Shown piece by piece: positions 14,101 to 19,850 of a stretch of DNA of 19,850 nucleotides. Made by a program: the position numbers and the translations under genes. The notes beneath the pieces are model-generated. The model was not told the DNA's origin, ran no database searches, and worked only from the letters and a program-made list of their open reading frames with translations. Position 1 is the stretch's first letter. Each line of letters opens with the position of its first letter. This stretch comes from Candidatus Woesearchaeota archaeon (GTDB lineage: Archaea; Nanobdellota; Nanobdellia; Woesearchaeales; GW2011-AR4), in assembly GCA_016181305.1 (NCBI GenBank), contig JACOZN010000017.1, positions 1-19,850 on the forward strand, read 5' to 3'.

Positions 14101-15627
14101 GGATATTTCCCAGTTACAATTATTGTTGATGGGATTGTGAATATTTCAGGGACATTGAATGTTAGTGGAAGCGCGGGAAGGGACGCAACTGGAGAAGGCG
14201 GAGGCGGAGGCGGGCACGGAGGGCCTGGAGGCGGTGGCGGAGGTGCAGGAGGAGGTGACAGGGCAACTGCAGGAACAATGGGCTCTGGCGGAAATGGATT
14301 TACTGGTGGTGGTGGAGGAGGATGCGAAAGCGGCACTAACTGCGTCAGAGGAGGGGATGGAGGAAACGGCACAGGAACTTTAGGAGGAATAGCGGCAAAT
14401 GACGGCGGGGCAATAGGCGGAAACTCCACATCGCCAAAAGTTGCAGGAGGCGGAGGCTCAGGCGTCGCTACAACAGGCGGAGGAGGTGGCGGTGGAACGG
14501 GATTCTTCTTCGGCTCTAGCGGAGCAGGCTCTGGCGGTGCTGGCGGCTCCGGAGGAGGGGGAGGTGGCGCTGGCGGAATTTCCCATGGCGGAGGAGGAGG
14601 CTTTGGAATATCAGGAGCAGATGGCGCTACAGGAACTGGCGGCTCTGGTTATGGCAGTATAGCCTTGATTCCAATTGCGGGCGGCTCTGGAGGAGGGGGA
14701 GGAGGAAGCAACACTGCTGGTGGAGGCGGAGCAGGGGGAGGGGGAGGGGCTGTTTTGATATTCTCTAATCAAAATATTACTGTTATGTCAACCGGGCAGA
14801 TTTTGGCAGATGGAGGCAATGGAGTTAACTCGGCTAACGGAGATGGCGGAGGAGGCTCCGGAGGAGGAATTGTGTTGCAGGCTGCAAATGTCTCACTTGA
14901 AGGAACATTGAGTACAAATGCAGGAACTGCTGGCGGAGGAAGCGGAGGTGCAGGCGGCTTAGGCAGAATTAGGGTTGATGGGTTGGACAACCCTGTAGCC
15001 CAGGCTAACTTTGGGTTTGCAGGAAGCAACTTCACAGGAGTTGCAATAAAGAATATTACTGATACCAGCATAGGCGGAACTGCGAATGCTAGTGCCAATA
15101 TAGTTGTCTTTGTGAAGAACCAAACAAGAGGCGGTGCAAGCAGCGTAAACACTACATTTACAGGAACAGCGGATGCTAACGGGCAGTTTGACATAGCAGT
15201 TACGTGGTATACGGGCAAAAATTTCATTGCGGTAATGCAAAATTCAACCAATGACGCCTACACTGTAATGAGCTCTGCTGCTGTTGCAACATATGATTTT
15301 GTTGTTGTGCCTGACAATACATTGCCGAGGATAAATGCTTCGTTAAACAACTCAGTGCCTTTCCAGGGAGAGATTGTAAACATGACAGCGAATGTCAGCG
15401 ACAATTCCGGATTGAGCTTCTGCCAGTTTGTTGACAACCAGTCATTGCCTAACGGCGCAAAGAACTTTTTCAATAAAACGGTCAGCGGCAAAAATGACCG
15501 GTGCTCGCAGAATTACACGATTGCGCTGCCCATTGGAAGCGTGATTAACTTTACGGTTATTGTCAATGACACGTCAACAGCAGTTGCAGGCGGCGGTGCA
15601 GGCTCCTCCGGATACAATATTGCCTAG
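11149..15627 (+). CDS. Giant surface protein, main fragment (Ig-like domains, conserved FTWGVLAIN region, glycine-rich domain); the frame is open from ~11080
   Basis: 1492-aa ORF rich in N-X-S/T sequons. Upstream of the GTG the frame reads LTAKIEFTATDGEKATTKEITLIVPEK. The Gly-rich block is at ~14170-14970. Confidence 0.85.
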   Translation: MPEKTITNSLEYKAGTDFDANDDGVEPTTGITDMTVENSAFTWDADETKLCTRWKVDSIEDAKSTTICYGSAKCCNFIDLEPSRDSWKGVFYSTYGQYGATLNNVVSSQIIYADYSLGIDEPFAEIYYSEWKELPAKYYFELIEFENVCIDTCILSGFNDTSYKLIFEIENAVLNLDFLTYSISEEISNVPVSLEVKDDTGEISGSYTLYRDNEPVQITEGFVEPDYYNIEVTPVQNVIDKLVIENANLTKPVTASIGIDNVSREIIIENVDAKKRYAINLEELEFEKAILTATASANSLWKCRQWDYDSEVCFGTWEKVKDLTPGQQYDVTLTANDPGFIEGDTNITIAPVNITNATINITGLALAKDIPNITIAINKNATIDLNEYFSNIDENTIFTYFGQEGISILFEGSTATIMPAENFTGTIYTYITAAKGSETAISNVFAVNIVNVTIDITPTIILEKKDFMLDEDVEIGFEYLTKQELIENTRWKEEYEVYEETTDKTEEELELLRGKISEEEKLLSEAEKAVKKQKKKWQKADDAIETFVYDNSGNLKDVDVEIEELREGKFGVKIPKPRSFKAGRYTLKLDLTKDGIAYSSQQDFTWGVLAINVNKSIYLPNEDSFIGIGVLDDAGRVVCNADVTLDIINPLNQKTTLTTANGDISISPECAYLGVTELPDYYTGYKVGGVGAYAMNLTAVTANGVRSISDNFTVQSSVAFDVARKGPTRVYPRALYTMKIPIIANQDYNGLVNEYVPSSFAITPQDGLSVAASGGTSILSWNVDMKQNDKIELSYEFDAPDTSPEFYLLGPLDIGNFKEARQWQIANDQAGEFNFTYPDAGAPGMNLVVHMVGTGFAPNDAVTTNSSGNITVGPIIVTDADGNYVTTNGRVLTTVFYIHPNATQQDVQVNVSGIRLPSVFKIISPVRDSGNFTGKTSGVFGIGDTKNGTRTARGTIVLDSLIIPAGVTVNISMSDTDSALPGIQGYFPVTIIVDGIVNISGTLNVSGSAGRDATGEGGGGGGHGGPGGGGGGAGGGDRATAGTMGSGGNGFTGGGGGGCESGTNCVRGGDGGNGTGTLGGIAANDGGAIGGNSTSPKVAGGGGSGVATTGGGGGGGTGFFFGSSGAGSGGAGGSGGGGGGAGGISHGGGGGFGISGADGATGTGGSGYGSIALIPIAGGSGGGGGGSNTAGGGGAGGGGGAVLIFSNQNITVMSTGQILADGGNGVNSANGDGGGGSGGGIVLQAANVSLEGTLSTNAGTAGGGSGGAGGLGRIRVDGLDNPVAQANFGFAGSNFTGVAIKNITDTSIGGTANASANIVVFVKNQTRGGASSVNTTFTGTADANGQFDIAVTWYTGKNFIAVMQNSTNDAYTVMSSAAVATYDFVVVPDNTLPRINASLNNSVPFQGEIVNMTANVSDNSGLSFCQFVDNQSLPNGAKNFFNKTVSGKNDRCSQNYTIALPIGSVINFTVIVNDTSTAVAGGGAGSSGYNIA
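15496..15594. repeat. 99-bp exact direct repeat (second copy at 15794-15892)
   Basis: gaccggtgctcgcag...gttgcaggcggc is identical in both copies. The offset is 298 bp, which is not a multiple of 3. Confidence 0.95.
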
Positions 15628-15928
15628 GATTAATGCTTCTCTTGATGTGACAAGCCCCATCAAGAACCAGCTGGTTAACCTAACAGCCAATATCACAGAT
15701 GAAAGCGGGCTTTCATTCTGCCAGTTCATAGACAACCAGAGCCTGCCGAATGGGGCAAAGCAGTTTATTAACAAAACAGTTGCTGGAACAGACGACCGGT
15801 GCTCGCAGAATTACACGATTGCGCTGCCCATTGGAAGCGTGATTAACTTTACGGTTATTGTCAATGACACGTCAACAGCAGTTGCAGGCGGCATGCTTCA
15901 AAGTTTTGGCAAACAATGTGACTATTGA
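15560..15928 (+). CDS. Giant surface protein fragment: one Ig-like repeat (meaningful part ~15596-15892)
   Basis: VQAPPDTILPRINASL...VIVNDTSTAVAGG is a paralog of the preceding domain PDNTLPRINASL...VIVNDTSTAVAGG. Confidence 0.75.
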   Translation: MSMTRQQQLQAAVQAPPDTILPRINASLDVTSPIKNQLVNLTANITDESGLSFCQFIDNQSLPNGAKQFINKTVAGTDDRCSQNYTIALPIGSVINFTVIVNDTSTAVAGGMLQSFGKQCDY

Positions 15929-18900
15929 CTGCCATGGGTTTGAGGTTAATTACTCTCAATCTGTTGTTGGGTATGGTGTGAACATTTCAAGATATAATTA
16001 CACTACAATAAGAAGCTGTTATGTTACGCAGGGCTCAGGCTCAACATTTTCTTATGGAGTTTACGTACTCAATTCAAGCAATTCTATATTTTATAATAAT
16101 AGTGTACAAGTCAGAGGCAGCAGCGGATATGGAATGTATTTAGTGTCCAGTACGCATAGCAGCATGATTTATAACAATAACATAACAATTAGAGGTGCAA
16201 ATGCCTATAGCATATACCTATTTGACAATGCCTATAATAATTCAATTTATAGCAACATTATAACAAATACCGGGCTGAATGGGATACTCCTAAACTCGTA
16301 TGCTTATAACAATTCTATTTACAGCAATATAATTACACTTGGCAGCTTAGTTGGAGGCAGTGGATTGTACTTGCTTGCGAATGTCTATAATAATTCTATT
16401 TACGGCAATACTGTAACTACTAGCGCAAGCGCTGCTTATGCGCTGCGTTTAACATCAACTGTCTACAGCAATCAGATTTACAACAATAACTTAACAACTT
16501 CAAATTCTGATAGCTATGGGGTTTATTTGAATAACGATATTTTCAATAATACGATTTATGGCAACAATATAACAACGAACAATGCTGTTGGCTCTTATAG
16601 TATTTACATGCTAAGGGATATAAATAACAATACATTCTACAGAAACGCAATTTCTTCATTAGCAGCAGGAGTTGTTGTTAATGGAAGCACTTTAATAGGA
16701 GGCGAGGAAACAAGATTCAACACTTTCACCAATGATACAATAGTTCCATGCACAGCAGGATGCGCAGGCAATTATCAGGATATTATCTTGACTGCAAATG
16801 CTACTGACATTACATTCACAAATGTTTCATTCAACAAGTCAAGGATTGCGTTTGTAGCATATGACCCATCAGTGCCGATTGAGAAAAACAACCTAACAAT
16901 TAGGTGGTTCCTGAATGTCAATGTAACTAACAGCACAAATAATGCTGCTATGATTGGTGCAGAGGTTGTGATTAACAACTCACTTGGAACGAATGTGTTT
17001 ACAGGCAGCACAAACTCTGATGGAAGTATTGCAACTGTTACAGTCACAGAGTTCACTATGAATGGCTCTGCGCCGTTTAATGTCGATACTGACACCTGTG
17101 TTGGGATAAGCAATGTCAACATAACCTGCTTTACTCCTATGAATATAACGGTTAATATCACAGGCTACGACAGCAACTTTACAAGCGTGGATGTCAACAG
17201 GAGCAAGCTGGTGAATGTAAGCTTGGGCATTACTGCTATTCTGGACACAACTGCGCCAATAGTGAATGCCACTTTGAACAAATCCCTGCAATTGATCGAG
17301 TTTAACGATATCATTAACCTGACAGCCAATACAACTGACGAAACAGGGTTAAGCTTTGGGCAGATCATTGTGAATGATACTGGATTTGTGAGGTACTTTA
17401 ACTTTAGCCTTGGGGGTGCAACAACTGCCCAGTTCAGCCAGAACATAAGTGTAAGCTGCTCGAATTGCATCATTAACTTCACAGCAAGGGCTAATGACAC
17501 AAGCAATAACTTCAGGACAAATGATACTATTGTAAGTGTAACTCCTGAAAAAGAGATTACTAATTGCACAAATCTTGACACGGCAAATACAAACTACAGC
17601 TTGACGCAGGATGCAAACTCCGGAGGGACTTGCTTCTATGTGCTGGCCAACAATGTTGGTTTAGACTGCCATGGATTTGAGATTAACTACTCTCAATCTG
17701 TTGTTGGGTATGGAGTAAATATCTCAGGCTATAATTATTCAACGATAAGGAGCTGCAATATTGTGCAGGCTGATTTGGCTGCTGATAATTCAAATGCTTA
17801 TGGGGTTTATATATTTAATAACGTCATTAATAATAATGTGTTTAATAATACGATAACAACTATTGGGAGCCAAGGTTATGATGTTTATTTGTTTTCAGGA
17901 GCCTATAACAATTCCGTTTATGGTAATAATCTGGTATACATCAGCGGAAGCTTTGGCATAGGGGTTTACCTAAATTCAAATGTTTATAACAATTCGGTTT
18001 ACGGGAATAACATAAACACCAGCGGCAGCAGCGCCTATGCAGTTTACCTAAATTCAAATGTTTATAACAATTCGGTTTACGGGAATAATATAACTAGCAT
18101 TGAGATTGGCGTATACTTATTTTCAAGCACTTTTAACAACGAAATTTATGGTAACACAATAACAACCACAGGCAATTCTAATGCTTATGGAGTAAACTTG
18201 CAGTCAACGGCTTACAGCAACAATATACATGATAATGTAATAACCACTAACGGGAACAGCGGAAGCGGCATAAGGCTGTTTAATACAGCTATTTACGCCA
18301 ACAGTATCTACAACAATAACATAACGACAAGGGGTGGCACTGCCTATGGAATTGTTTTAAATGCAAATGTATTCAGCAACAATATCTATGGCAACAACAT
18401 AACGACAAGGGGTGGCACTTCATCCGGCATTTCCATGGCTACAACTATTTATAACAATTCCTTTTATGGGAATGTAATAACAACCACCGGTAGTACTGGA
18501 TATGGAATGGATTTAAGTGGCTATAATAATTCCGTTTATGGGAATGTAATAACAACCAAGGGCAGTAGTGGGTATGGGATGCTTTTAAGTGGCTATAATA
18601 ATTCCGTTTACAGCAACAACATAACAACATACAACACAAGCAGTTATGGAATTTATCTAAATAGCAATGTTTTCAACAACACAATCTATGACAACAATAT
18701 AACAACAAAAAACATGACAGGCTCTTATGGAATTTATTTGTTAAATAGAGTTAATAACAATACTTTCTACAGGAACTCGATTTCTTCACTGGCTATCGGG
18801 ATTTTAGTTAACGGAAGCGGGCAAACAGCTGCACAAACAACAAGATTCAACACCTTCACCAACGACACAATCGTTCCATGCACTTCAGGTTGTGCATCAA

Positions 18901-19850
18901 ATTACCAAGACATTGTTCTGACTGCAAATGCGACTGACATCACGTTCACAAATGTTTCATTCAACAAGTCAAGGGTTGAGTTTGTGCCAAGAAGTCTTTC
19001 TGTTCCTGTTGAGAAGAACAACATGACAGTCAGATGGTTCCTTGCTGTGAATGTAACAAAAAACGACAATACAGCGCTGCAGGGGGCTGAAGTTGTTATT
19101 AATGATTCCTTCAACGTCAATGTATTTACAGGCAATACTGATGCGACTGGTAGCATTTCTCCGCAGACAGTTGCCGAGTACATCCAGAACGGAAGCGTTC
19201 CGTTTGCAGCAGGCGATACTTGCGTTGGCATAAATAATATAAATATAACATGCTTTACTCCATACAACATAACAATCAATCTTACCGGTTACGAAAGAAA
19301 TTTCACAAGCGCAGAAGTCAACCGAAGCAGGCTCGTTAATGTAAGCCTGGGCTTGGATACAACTGCTCCTGTGGTGAATACGAGCCTAAATAAGTCATTG
19401 ACAGGCATACTCCAGAGCGATATTATCAATCTGAGTGCAAATGCAACAGACAGGATAGGATTAAGCGTTGGACAGGTAATAGTTAATGACACTGGGTTTG
19501 TAAGGTATTTCAACTTCAGCTTATCTGGAACTAGTGCCCAATTCAGCCAAAATATAACTATAAGCTGCGCTGCAGGCTGTGTCATTAACTTCACTGCAAG
19601 GGTTAATGACACTAATGGCAATGTTAGAACAAATGATACAATAATTACAGTCGCAACAACGCCAGACACGACATTCCCTGTTGTTAACACATCTATTAAC
19701 AACACCAATCCACTTGTAAATGATGTTATTAACTTTACTGGAAATATAACGGATGATGTTGGTTTGCTGAGCGCCAATTGGACTTATAATGTGAGCGGTG
19801 TATTAACTAAGCTGAATTACAGCTTTGCAGGAGGAACTGCAATTGCTACT
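15894..19850 (+). CDS. Giant surface protein, distal fragment: two duplicated modules of right-handed parallel beta-helix (NosD/PbH1-type) plus Ig-like domains; runs off the window
   Basis: Hand translation of frame 3 shows no stop from 15894 to 19850 (1319 codons; in-frame ATG at 15864). It starts CFKVLANNVTIDCHG, and module 2 starts CFYVLANNVGLDCHG at 17631. Not listed in the ORF track, presumably because it lacks a stop. Confidence 0.9.

Noticed and set aside
13842-14429. Proline-rich minus-strand ORF, and similar ones at 14769, 16775, 17165, 18902 and 19289
   Set aside because: Shadows of the Gly-rich and Asn/Thr-rich plus-strand coding sequence.
15864-15893. ATG-initiated MTRQQQLQAA leaders (also ~15566) as real starts of separate genes
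   Set aside because: They are the +1 reading of the repeat's NDTSTAVAGG codons, with no RBS or signal peptide.
1-19850. tRNA, rRNA, integrase, transposase or reverse transcriptase/DGR
   Set aside because: No cloverleaf, rRNA-like segment or catalytic motifs seen by eye. tRNAscan-SE and HMM searches would be needed to exclude them formally.

Overview
AT-rich archaeal DNA, most likely from a DPANN archaeon (Woesearchaeota-like). The lineage call is an inference from TATA/BRE promoters, GGTGA/GGAGG ribosome-binding sites, archaeal RHH/PIN modules and surface-protein style. The window has four parts. (1) 1-3484: the 3' end of a GNVGIG-repeat, tail-fibre-like surface protein split by a frameshift, followed by two paralogous membrane-anchored proteins. 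(2) 3485-5500: five small 3-TM membrane proteins (one single plus a duplicated A/B pair), with stacked-palindrome clusters in the spacers. (3) 5500-10700: a dense regulatory island. It holds two PIN nucleases, four RHH proteins (one missed by the ORF track), a tandem-HTH protein, two paralogous winged-helix proteins whose C-termini match the PUR ssDNA/RNA-binding repeat, and phased operator-like repeat arrays. (4) 10721 to the window end: one giant (>3000 aa if joined) secreted adhesin/S-layer-like gene with Ig-like, glycine-rich and beta-helix modules. It is broken at three deletion/frameshift junctions, two of which lie at the exact end of a 99-bp repeat. The most novel-looking element is the wHTH-PUR pair with its operator arrays. 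No rRNA, tRNA, CRISPR array or transposase/integrase was recognised.
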